A DNA stretch of 63,440 nt, filler included, from Vannella sp. (taxonomy: Eukaryota): NCBI GenBank assembly GCA_023345925.1. It is 7 parts of 7 records of this genome, joined end to end, with 100 filler letters (N's around TTAATTAATTAA, not from the genome) between each part and the next. Parts side by side here need not be neighbours in the genome. Positions count along the whole stretch, not along the records: positions 43,292 to 54,806 come from JAJQQN010000785.1; positions 54,907 to 63,440 come from JAJQQN010000343.1; 5 more parts are not named here. The stretch is one strand, 5' to 3'. The position numbers were made by a program, and so were the translations under genes. Below are positions 46,328-58,000 of this stretch, piece by piece. The notes under the pieces were generated by a model that ran no database searches, was not told the DNA's origin, and worked only from the letters and a program-made list of their open reading frames with translations. Each line of letters begins with the position of its first letter. The stretch's first letter is position 1.

Positions 46328-48482
46328 ATGGAAGTCCCGAAGGGCCAGGTCTTGACGGAGGAGCAGCTGAACATTTTCTCTACGAGCTACTGCGATGCTC
46401 GCACGAATCATGACCACAAGCAGTGCCTCTTCTGGCACCCACGCGTGTCTCCTCATCTTTCCTCGGAGGAGGTCGAATTACAGCATTTGAGAAGAGCTCC
46501 TATTCGGTACACTCAAATGGGAAAGGAGATAGTCTACGGAGATACATCTTGCCAGTTTGAAGGGCGCAAGAACTGCCCTAGAGGAGATGAATGTGAACAT
46601 GTAAGCTTCCTCTTCCCTGTTTGCGTGACCAGGAGACTCTACTCGGATCAGAACTAACACAGAAGATCGCCGATTCTTAGTTCCATAATGAGAAGGAGTT
46701 CATGTACCATCCTTTCGTTTACATGACAAAAGAGTGCCGACATCCTCTTTCTACGTGCCCCAATCGTACCTGCGCCTTCTTCCACAACAAGGAGCAGCAA
46801 GATCTAGCAGAAGTATATCGTAGACAACTCATACGGGACCTTCAAGCCACCCAAAACCGAAAGGAGGAGTCCAACCGCGAGCCGATTCAAGTGGACCTCT
46901 CCTCTTCCAACGAGTTCCCCAGTCTGGGAGGGAAGGAAACCCTGTCTTATGTGTCCACACCAGTAGCTTGGTCTGATGCAAACCATCACCGGATAGCTTC
47001 TATGAACTCCACCAAAGCCCCCACCGCAGTCGCTCCTTCCTCCTCTGGATCCATCAACGGGGCTTCGTTTGATACTTATGGAACGCTTACAGACTCTTTG
47101 TCGCTCTCGGTGGGGAGAAGCATGCAGATGCCAATGGCGACGACAGTGGGAGCGATCCCACCGGAAACTGGGCTCTTTGGACACACCACAGAGTCCCCCT
47201 TTACTCACCGAGGACCTCAAATAGGTATGGGAGGTAGCGGTAGCCTCTTCGCAAACCCCTGGGATAGCTTGGAAGCAGAACCCTCGCGACGCTTCTTCGC
47301 TCATGTGGCAGAGTTCGAATCTCTGACTGAATCCCTTGAAATAGTAAGAACAGACTACACTACAACGGATTGCGGCCGTCGATATCGTGGCCAGTATCGA
47401 GATAACGGCATTCTAAGGGCCGTTCGAGTGCTAGAAGTGGATGTGCTTCCGGCTTTCTTGCCTCAATGGACAGAAAGTGCCAAGATTTGTCAAGCACTTA
47501 CTCATTCAGGACTTGCGAGGGTGGTTCTGATGCAGGGTCTCCGAGGGGAGGTGTACCTCGTATCTGATAGTCATTCCTTGTCTCTTCAGAGATACTGTGA
47601 GAGCAATCAGAAGGCACTGGTTGATCAAAACCGCCAGCCAACCCCCATGTTCCATTCTATAACACGCCAACTCCTTCAAGTGTTGTGTTACCTCCAAAAG
47701 CATGACGTAGTGCATTGCAACTTCAAGGTGAGCCCTTCTCCTATATGTTTGATGTGAACTAGGTAACTGAGTCTGCTTAGTGGGACAATATATTTATCGA
47801 GACCGTGGAGGAGGGCCTTCGTGTGACTGTGGGCGAGACAGAATCCTATATGTCTCCCATGTCTCGCTTGGGGCCTGGCTCTTGGTCTTCTCCAAAGAAT
47901 AACCTGCGAGATCTTGGGAGTGTCTTGAGGAGTCTTCTCCCTGTGAATGCTTCGCATGGCTCTGTCTCAACGCCAACTCGTTATTGGGAATATTTTATCC
48001 GTTTTCTCTTACAGGTAGAACCAACCTTATCTATTGACCCATTACAAGTCTACAGTCATCCATTGTTTTGGATGAATGAATGGAGTCGCTGCTATACTTT
48101 CCTCTCCAACAGTATCACAGGATGCCGCTTGCTCGACAGCCTTTGTGATCGTTTGCCTATTCAAGAATGGGTTGGCACTGACTCTTGGAAATCTTCTTTG
48201 CCTCATGAGCTTTCATACGTTGTCAGAGACTACGCTAAATACCGTGGTGACCGAGTGGGAGACCTCCTCCGGGTGATAATCTTGACGATTCAACAGATCG
48301 CCAGTTCCACCAGTAACCCGCACTTGGAATCTCTACGGAAAGCGTTTCCTGGTCTCAAGCTAGTCCAGTTCCTCTTGCAAGCCTTCCCTAACCTTATCCC
48401 TACCCTTTGGGAGATGTTATTCACTCATTACTTGGGTCACAACTCTCGTGTAGCCGCTCTTCAAGCGACTATTTTTGCATAG
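46328..48482 (+). CDS. Tandem CHCH/CCCH zinc fingers + pseudokinase + IRE1/RNase L-type KEN domain
   Basis: Introns 46601-46680 and 47728-47780; C-x5-H-x4-C-x3-H, C-x7-C-x5-C-x3-H, C-x6-C-x4-C-x3-H; HCNFKWDN; HPLFW...W...AKYRGDRVGDLLRVI...AFPNLI. Confidence 0.75.
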
Positions 48483-48508
48483 AAAGGCTCTATTTCCACT
48501 ACTACACT

Positions 48509-50722
48509 TCATTTTGCAGTTTTTGGTTCAAATGCGCGGGCGAACTGATCTGCCAGGCAGCGGGAGAGTTGGTAATACAGTCGCAGGCACAACATTGGGT
48601 CCTTGGCCAAGAGGCGCTTCTTGATGAAGTCCGTGTTGATGAAGAGAATTCTGACGTCCTTCTCGCTGCTCTGTATGGTGGTGGACTGTTTCCCACCAAG
48701 GAAGAACTCGGCTAAGCCGCCCACATCGTTTGTTCCCATTTCATCGAGGAATCTGAACTCTGGGTTGGTTTGGAAGACACTGCAAGAGCCGTGCATGATT
48801 GTGCTTATCACGTGGACGTGAACGCCCTGTCGGACGATGAGATCTCCTTGGGCAAATTTCGCGGCGAACATGAAACATTCTTCTTCGGCAGTGGGACTGG
48901 TGAAAGTGTCCCAATCTTTCAGATTAAAGGAAGGCGACCAATTGGTGGCTTCCTTTTCAATTCCGGATTCTGCCAAGACTTTTGAGCTCGATTCCAAACT
49001 TTGGAATAACCGGACGAGGCTGTCTCGCTTCTCTTTCGTGTCCAGATACAGAACAATCTTCTTCGCCTTTGACTTGGTAGTAAAGACGAGAGTCGGCTTC
49101 AGAGGCGATTGCGTTTTGGGATAGATCAAGTCAGACATGGCAAATGATCCTTGGGTGCCTTCACCAGAATAGTGCAACTCTTCTGAGGTTAAGGCAAGTT
49201 TCACTGGCAACTCACACTTTCTCACTTTGCCTTTTTCTAACTTGGCCTCAAATTCTAGAACAATCAGAGTGAGAAGAAGCGCTTCCAATGTAGGGACCTA
49301 CTAACCTGTAATGATAGGTGATGATCCAAGCTCAAGGAACTTGTCGTCATCTTGTTTACATCCAGAGGCAGAACGGTCTTCTTCGGTTCTGAGTTTGGAA
49401 ACTTCATGTTGGGGTTCAATTAGAATGGCAGGAGTTTCTGCGATGATGAAATCACTGTCCTCTGAAGAGTTGTAGAAGGAATAAAGCATCAAAGATATCC
49501 TCTGGCAAATCATTCGGAAGAGACGAACACCTTGGGCTGGATGGACATGCATGTAAGAGAATAAGAATGGCATGGATATCTGGTAGATGACAGCTTCATC
49601 AGAGTCCACCGTTACATTAAGAATATTCCTCTGAGAGGACCGGAAAGCGGTCAAGTCGCCAAACAGTGTTCCCCCGTCGGATACAATCCATTGGTGATCT
49701 CCCACGACGAAGCATCGCAAGGTCCCGCTATCCAGAATGTACAGAGAAGTTTGTCTCCCTCCTTTTTGAGAGATAACGTGCCCCTTCTTGTGGATAACGC
49801 GCTCTGCACCCGCCAGAATGGCGCTCCATTCCCCAGGGGTTAAATCAACCGATGTTAGGTCTTTGAACTTGGACAAACGACTAATCGTCACACTCTGAAA
49901 CCGTTGTTGTGTCTGAAGCCTTGAAATCCCCGAACAGTAAGAAATGGACGAGTTGGAGGGGGAATGGGACACACGCTTCCACATAGAGAGGGTCTTTCAG
50001 GTATCTGCCCACGTTGTTGGTGTTGATGATGTCTCTTACTTCCTCTTGAATGCCATGGAACAGTCCAATGGTAATGTACTCGCTTTGCTGCCCCAAAGGA
50101 ACTTTCTTTGCTCTTTCGAGAGCCTCTTTGACCTCCGACCTGCTCTCAGAGAGGAGACTTACAGCTTGAGGGGAGCATGGCTCGATGAAGGTCTCATAGA
50201 TGCGTGTGGCTAAGCTGGGAGGCTGTAAGCAGGCGAGAATGAGCTTTTCTTGCGAGGAACTTACCGGTAGGGCGACTTGAGGTGGCCATGGCGGGTCTGG
50301 TACATCTCAATAGAGTGCCAAAGGTTGTAGTTCTCTTCACATTTGCGCTCTTCCATGAAGCGAAGGAGCCCACTGGACAAGAAAGGATCCTGGAGGATGT
50401 GTTCCACAGAGTTCACTGAAGGCTCCACTACCGCGATAGGTGACTCTTTGGTAGACTTCCTGAAGGACTCTGTAATCTGTAAAAGAGATCTGCGGTCCCT
50501 GGGCTTGCCAGCAGGAGGAACAAGAAGGGGCAAGGGGCTTGTCGTTGCGCGGATCGACTGAGGAGGCGCATGGCGCGCGAGGAGAGGAGCCAAGAGTACA
50601 TAAGCACTCTCCAGTAGTTCAGGCGACGACTCTGCAGACGCTAAAATAGTTGCAACAATGACATCTCGATCCGCCGCTCCCAAAACCCGTTTCAAGCGTC
50701 CCAGCGTGTTCCCGTGCCACAT
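48509..50722 (-). CDS. RGS domain + two cyclic-nucleotide-binding-like domains separated by a PH/GRAM-like domain
   Basis: ILQDP...FMEERKCEENYNLW, IYETFI, GRYLKDPLY (RGS); KGHVISQKG...LYILDSG...FGD and QGDLIVRQG...IMHG (cNMP folds); spliced; start uncertain. Confidence 0.75.
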
Positions 50723-50902
50723 CCCCACACAAAGTGATCGAAATGCGACGCTTGACCCTGCTTCTTCCAGACGGCCCTTTGGGACGACAAAAATCTGTGC
50801 CTCATTTGAGAATGCCGTTTTGTGATGGATCCAGAATAGGGCTCAGAAATGATTGGTTTGTGGGGGAAATGGATTTTTATATGATTTTAGGGGTTCCCAT
50901 TT

Positions 50903-51782
50903 TTAGGGGGTTTTGGGAATTATGATTGTTGTGATGTCTTTGGGTTGGCCGTGGATGTCTTTGGGGGAGAAGCCGAGGGTGATGTGGAAGGTGGCAGGGG
51001 GAAGGTGGAGGTCCTCGCGGAACTGGTTGGCGGAGGGCCAGGAGAGAACGCGAAAGTAGGTTTCGTCGTCATCTTTCTTTAGGTAGCCGAGACCTTGGTC
51101 TTCCCAGTCGTCCTTGACCTTCTACTGAGATGTTAGTCTACTGAGCTTTGCAAGTGAAGCTCTCTAGTACCTTGCCAAGCTCTGTCAGCAGCTGCGGCGC
51201 CCCAATCTGTTTCTTCTTCAGTTCGCTGACTTCCTTCCTTGCTAAGAGAGTGATATGATGTTGTGCACCATCTCTTTGTTCTCTTTCAGCTCTGAATGAC
51301 TCCGGCACTTGGTCCAGATTGAATGCAGCGCTCATCTCAACGCAAGGACCTCTCAAACTGATGTACCCCGAGAATGTGAAGTGTTCAGTGACTTGGATAG
51401 TGTCTGAGGGCTCCTCTGAAAGGTGTGAGTAACTACTGAGAGCTGGAAGAGGCGTACCGGGCTTGGTTATGACGAGAACTCGCTTGTTCTTTGCCCCATG
51501 GGACTCCGATTCAAGGCCAAACTGGCTCGCAATGTCGTGCAGTTGAGCGCGTTGAGGAGGCGACAGATCAGGAAAGCGGATCTCTGTTTCGCTTGAACTA
51601 AAGCGCATCAGTAAGGTCAGACCGGGTCACTTGAAGAGGCAAACTCACTTGTGGGCGAACTCTTGAAGCTCCGCCACCTCTTTCGCACCCGCTGCGATCA
51701 GCTTCTCCACCTTTTGCTTGCAAACATCTTCAAAGATCGCCCTTGAACATACTCGCCTCAACAACACATTCCCAACGGGCAT
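50903..51782 (-). CDS. R3H domain + 2H phosphoesterase
   Basis: LSPPQRAQLHDIASQFGLESESHG (R3H); two HxT motifs RDGAQHHITL and FHITLGF...DIHG; 2 introns. Confidence 0.8.
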
Positions 51783-51935
51783 GCCACCAGCTCCAGACGA
51801 AGGGGAAATGTCCGAAGGAAAAGGTGAAATGCTCTTCCTAATGACCTTTCGTGGGATGATACTCTCACAGTAGAGGCTAGATGGTATTATGATCATGTTT
51901 CAGTGGCACTTCTTTGAAGGGACTTCATTTCAAGG

Positions 51936-54797
51936 TTACTTTTGCTCCCAAATCCTTTTGAGGCTGGAAACGGTCCCTGAACGGACGGTTCGTTGGACTT
52001 CAGCGATGTACACGTTATTGTAGGCTGGCTTGAGGGTGCCAATCTCATCTTCATCTTCTTTTGGATGAGACTCTTGAGCTTGGTCGGCCTTTACTTGTTG
52101 TTCGGGTGAATTTGGTTGGGCTTCTGTTTCTGAAGCTTTGGTGCTCTTCTCCTTTTCAAGTCTTTTAGCTTCTTCGGAAGCTTGCAGTCTCTCCTCAGCT
52201 ATTTTAGCTTCCCTCTTTGCTTGTTCGGCCTCTTCGCGCTGTTTGTTGGATATTTGTTCTGCTAGTCTGGCCGATTCCGAAGCGCGTTTACTTTCTTCCT
52301 CTGCTAGTTGGGCTTCCTTCGCTCGATTGTTTTCCTCTTCAAGTTTTTTTGCTTCTTCTGAAGCTATTTTAGCGTCCTCCGCAGCTCGTTCAGCTGCAGC
52401 CTTTTCTTCTGCTTGTTTAGCTTTCTCCAGAGCCTCTTGGGCAGCCTTCACTCGTTTAGTTTCCTCTTCCAGTCTTTTGGCTTCTTGTTCTGCTTCCTCA
52501 GCCTGTTTAGCTGCAGCCTCTTCAGCGCGTCTCGATTCTTCAATGCGTTGTTTAGCCTCTTCTGAAGCTTGCTTCTCTTTCTCTGCTCGTTCAGCTTCCT
52601 CCTGAGATCGTCTGGAGGTTTCTTCTACTCGCTCAGCTTCCTCTTGAGCTTGTCTTGAGGTTTCTGCTGCTCGCTCAGCTTCCTCCTGAGCTTGTCTTGA
52701 GGTTTCTGCTACTCGCTCAGCTTCCTCCTGAGCTTGTCTTGAGGTTTTTGCTACTCGCTCAGCTTCCTCTTGAGCTTGTCTAGAGGTTTCTGCTGCTCGC
52801 TCAGCTTCCTCCTGAGCTTGTCTAGAGGCTTCTTCAGCTCGTCTCGCTTCGGCCTCTGTATGCTTTGCAGCTGCCTCCAAACGCTCCGCTTCTTCCTCTA
52901 ATTTCTTGGCTTCAGCCTCAGCTCTGTCAGCTTCTTTTTCAGCTTTGAAAGCTTCTTCTTCAGCTTTAACAGCTTCTTTTTCAGCTTTGACAGCTTCGTC
53001 CTCCATTTGCTTTGGCTTGAGATCTCGGAGTTGTGTCGATTCGTCTCGAGAACCATTTTGGGAAGCTGGAGCTTCTTGTTGAATATCCGCTCCTTTCAAG
53101 TCTTCGTCACCCCATGAGTCGTTAGGATCCTGATCTTGAGGAACAATGTCTCTTGTGCCCCCATTGGACTCGGTAAGGGAGTCCTCTTCTTTGGAGGATT
53201 TCGATTTCTTGTGTTTGGACTTGGAAGATCTCGACTTTCCGGAAGGATCTTTTCGCAACTTCTTCTTGCTTGATGAAGTTGAGGTCTCGCTTGTGCTGGT
53301 CTCTTCCTGAGAGGTAATCTTCGAGCGTTTTGACTTCTTTTCCTTCTTCTCCTTCACGGAAGAATCTTTGCTGGGCTTTTTACTCCCTTTTGAACTCTTT
53401 CGCTTCCGTTCGGCTTTGTCCTGTGTTGAGCTTGGCTCTTCAGTCGAGGTACCACCAACAGGAACTATTGCAGGCTCGGGAGTATCGCTTATTGCATTTG
53501 TTTCGATCAAATCAAAGGATTCAGTCACGGGAACTGCTTCTCTCTCGGTAATGTGCTCTTCTCTCTGTGTCTCAAGCATCTCCAATTCTCTCTTTTTCTG
53601 GTCTTCGACTGCTTCAAGAAGTGCCAGCTTCTGTTGGATCTTCTCAATCGCGATTTGATGATCCTGGCCACTGGACGTGAGAGCTCTTGGAGCTTCCTCG
53701 CTCGTCTGTGGAGGTTCGGGGTCTGAATTGGGCGTCATATGGTCAGAGGCATTCTCTTCAACCCATTCTATCTCCGAAGAATCGTCCCAGGCTCCTTCAT
53801 AAGAAGGAATATCGGAATTCACTTCGTTCCCACGGTCCAACGGCTCTGGGTCAAGTAGATCTTCGAGGTTGTCTGATGGAGCGGTCTTTTGTTCCTCTTC
53901 ATCGACGAATTCAAACTCTGTGATGGTCCCCAGCATTAGCAAAGAGCCCACACCAACGAGAAGGGCCGAACCTGTCGAATTCTCAACGTTTGCAAGCTCG
54001 TCCACGAGGCCGCAGATACTGGAAAGCCACAGCGCCATCTCCTTTTGATCTTCTGCCTGTTGGGAGAGTCAGAGGGGCATGAGTGGCAACAAACAGGAGT
54101 GCTAGCTCACCTTGAAGTGGAGTGGCGTACAGGAGGAGGAGAACTGGAAGATGCTGGCATGATCTTCACCTTCTTGCGCTCGTGATGAGCTTGCAAAGGT
54201 ATCTGTTGTCACAGGAAAGCTCTTGATGGGCTTTGGGTTCTCGCGTGTGCGTGAGTATGAGAAGGTGGCCGTTGTAAGCTTCACATAGCGCTTAAGCCAA
54301 GTAACTTTCGTGCCAGACTGCTTCTGGAGCCTCAAGTATCCCTCCATCATCACTGGAGCGTCCTCTTTGGGCGTAGAAGCAGCAGCAGCCTCGACTTCTT
54401 CCACTTGGCGGTTGGCTTCTCGTTGCATTGCACCAGGGAGGGCTGAGCCCTTCAATCTGATGGTCCCTTGGCGTTTGATAGGCTCGTGGGAAGGAGGGGA
54501 CTCGAAAAAGTCGAAGGTCTGAGGAAAAGGGTGAGCGCTCTGTTGAAAGGGGGCGAGTTGGGAGAGCTCACTTCATCTTCGGTAGCAGGGTCAGCAAGGG
54601 GCTTCACTTCAGGAGCGGAAGGGTCCAATCCAATGAGATGAACGTGAGTGTGCCAACTGATACTCAACCCAGCGCGCTCCGCTCTCGCCTTCTCACCCGG
54701 CGAGCGCTACCAAACCACCAACAACGATGAGGAACCGCATACCAGCGACTCCAAGTCCACTCACCAAGATGGAAAGCAAAGGGGAGGTCTCCGCCAT
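51936..54797 (-). CDS. PH domain protein with long Glu/Ala/Lys/Arg-rich helical repeat region
   Basis: MEGYLRLQKQSGTKVTWLKRYVKL...EMALWLSSI (spliced PH); EAERA repeats; upstream exons reach an ATG at 54797. Confidence 0.75.
52583..52826 (-). repeat. Coding 42-nt minisatellite, about 6 near-identical copies (RQAQEEAERxAETS)
   Basis: Repeated CTCGCTCAGCTTCCTC(C/T)TGAGCTTGTCT(T/A)GAGGTTT on the + strand. Confidence 0.9.
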
Positions 54798-54806
54798 CGG
54801 ACCGTC

Positions 54807-54906
54807 NNNNNNNNNNNNNNNNNNNNNNNNNNNNNNNNNNNNNNNNNNNNTTAATTAATTAANNNNNNNNNNNNNNNNNNNNNNNNNNNNNNNNNNNNNN
54901 NNNNNN
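54807..54906. other. Artificial contig spacer
   Basis: N44-TTAATTAATTAA-N44. Confidence 0.99.
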
Positions 54907-55083
54907 ACAGAGATCGTCTTCTGAAGGTCTCGTCCAGTAATTAAATGAAAACATCAATAATTATGATTTTGATCAGAATGGGATTCTTGCCACGCTATCA
55001 TAATCGCGTGATAATGGGGAATGTGCGGGTTGTCCTCCGCTTTCATTGTTCGTTCTCGTCCTTGATCGGGTTGTGGAGTGAGG

Positions 55084-58000
55084 ATGATCAAAGAACGGTA
55101 TGAAGGACGGAACATCCTCATCACAGGAGTGACAGGCTTCTTGGGGAAGATCATCCTCGAGAAGATTTTGCGCTCTTTGCCGCTCGTGGGCCAGATCTAC
55201 TTGCTTATTCGTCCCAAGAAGGACACAGACCCCTTGTCTCGCCTTCAAGGACTCGTACGATCGCGCGTGTTCAATCGTCTGCGCTCTGAACGACCTGAGT
55301 TTGAGGCTTGGGCGTTGGAGAAGCTCGTGTTGGTGGCGGGGGATGTCTCTCGTGACCGTTTGGGCATGAGCGAGGAGGACATTGCCCTTATTCAACGTGA
55401 GATCCACATCTTCATCCACTCTGCTGCCACAGTGAACTTCACAGAGCGTCTGCCCGACGCTGTGGCTCTTAACGTGTTGGGATCGTTGCGGTTGTTCGAG
55501 ATTGCGAAGAACTCTCGTCATTGCGAGGCCTTCTGTCATATTAGCACTGCTTACGTCAACTGTAACAAGCGTGGGGCTATTGAAGAGATCCTCTATCCAC
55601 TGGACTTTGAACCCGCAGCGAAACTGCGAGAACTCCTTGCGATGGACCCTAATCAGATGGAGGCTATCGAAGACAAGTTGATCACTGGATTCCCTAACAC
55701 ATACGCCTTTACGAAGAGCCTCACCGAGCACCTTCTGGTAGAACAACGAGGAAACGTTCCTCTTTTGATCTACCGACCGACCATTATCGGCTCCTGCTAC
55801 AAAGAGCCGACCCCTGGATGGCTTGATACTGTCTCTGCAGCATCAGCTCTCTATGTGACAGCAGGAATGGGCATTATGAAGTTCATGCTGGCTCATCGGC
55901 CCTCCCGCATTGGCGATCAAGTTCCAGCTGATCTCGTAACCAACTCGCTGCTGTGCGCCACTGCGGATATTGCAGGAGAGAACCGGTTGAATATCATTCA
56001 AGTGGGCACCAGCAAGGACAAGCCACTCACCTGGCAGTTCGTGAAGAAGACCGCTTTGCCCTATCTGCTCCGCCGCCCTCCCAAGCGCACCTTCTCCCGA
56101 CCTGGCTTCATGTTTGTCACGTCAGATAGGGTGTACGACTCTCTGTACTTCCTCCAGTACCGCGTGCCCATCGCAGGGTACAGTTTGTATGCTCGATTCT
56201 TGGGCACAGAGAAGCAGCTCGAACAGGCGCAGCTTTGGGGTTCCTTTGAACGTCGTGTGCGCAAGATGGTCAGTAACTTTAGCTACTTTGTCAACAACGA
56301 GTGGATCTTTGACACTGCCAACACGTATGTCGTTTGGGACAAAATGACGGAGGACGAGAAGGAGGAGTTTCCTTTTGACATGTCCACCATCGACTGGGAG
56401 GAGTATCTCCTGTCGTTCTGCTATGGGATGAAGCTGAACATCTTGAGGGAGGCGGATGCCATCTATCCGACCGATGACCGGCACTGTCCAGTGAATCTTC
56501 ATCGCGACATTGGCGCTGACTTTTCGTGGGCCTTTTTGGGGGCACAGGGAATCAATGACATCTACAAGGTGAACCCTCCAGAGGAGATGATTCCGATGAT
56601 TTTAGACTCTCCTGCTGTTCGCCAAGCCATTGCTCTGGAGGCTGAGACGGAAGGAATGGCTTTGGCTGATGTCGAGTGGCGTGCGAAGGAGATTATGGAC
56701 ATGATGGCTGGGTCGATGAACTTTGCTCTGTTGCGCACGCAAGGGTTCTTCTTCCGTAAGTTCTACCGTACCATGTACCAAGGTATCTTTGTGGACGAAA
56801 TGGGCATGCGAAGGGTGGCTGAGGCTGCTAAACGTGGTCCCATCATCATCATGCCCACTCACCGCTCTTACGTGGACTTCCTTTTGACCTCGTTTGTGTT
56901 CTACGACCACAACTTGCCTTTGCCCCGGATTGCTGCAGGCGATGACTTCCTCAATATGGCCGTTGTCTCTTGGATGTTCAGAAACTCCGGTGCGTTCTTC
57001 ATGCGTCGGTCCAATGGGAAGGACGAGCTGTACCGCCAGATCTTCAACGAATACGTGAAGGGAGTTATCTGTTCTGGGCATCCTCTTGAATTCTTTATTG
57101 AAGGAACTCGCTCTCGCACTGGCAAGTCCATGCCGCCAAAGATGGGACTTCTATCCAATATCGTCCACGCTTCTCTCGGTGATTCTCCCGAGTTGGAGAA
57201 CCTTTGTGTCTGCCCAATGACCTACTCTTATGAGCGCATCATTGAGGAGGCTACTCACGCTCATGAATTGGCAGGACAGCCCAAAGAGAAGCCCACAACA
57301 GCGGCCTTAATCAAGGCATCGCTAAGCAAGCTGCTACTTCAAAACTACGGGCGCATTAACGTCCAATTCGCTGCACCAATTCCTGTGAAACAGTTTATTG
57401 CCAACTTTGGAGCACAGGCTGAAGGTGTGTTCGACCCTTTGGAGAATCCGGATGACTTGTGGAGTGCCACGAAGAGTTTGGGGAATGCCGTTATCGATGC
57501 CTTCCATGAGGAGATGGTCATGATGCCCACTTATCTGGTGGCTGCTGTTGTTATGGTCCATCGAGGAGGCATCAGCCTGGATCAGTTGGCTGTCCAATTT
57601 GGATGGCTTCGGGACCAGCTGCTCCGTCGTGGCCGCCGTGTCGACCCTATTGAAGGGAGCAACGAAGAGATTGTCGCTCACTGCCATCCTCTGTTGAAGG
57701 GGCTTTACACTCTCAAGCGCAACATTGTCCAGGTTGACATTGTACTCGGGCAAACCAACATCCACGTTCTACAGCTTGCCATGTACCGGAATGGTATCCT
57801 CCACGCACTACAAAGAGAGGGTTTGGTCGCATTGACGTTATCCTCCTTTGGAGAACAAGCCTGGGCCTCTGCAGGAGAAGGCATTCGAATGGAAGAGTTC
57901 CTTGAGGCTCATCAATTCCTGAACGACCTCCTTGTGGACGAATTTGTCGACCATCGCCGTCATGAGTGCGTTGCCGAGACTCTCCAACAGATGGAAGAGC

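Noticed and set aside
52138..52605. Ser/Ala-rich plus-strand ORF
   Set aside because: Antisense shadow of the EAK-rich helical region
14501..54906. Six identical TTAATTAATTAA palindromes within N runs
   Set aside because: Artificial contig linkers; ORFs running into them and gene adjacency across them are not biological
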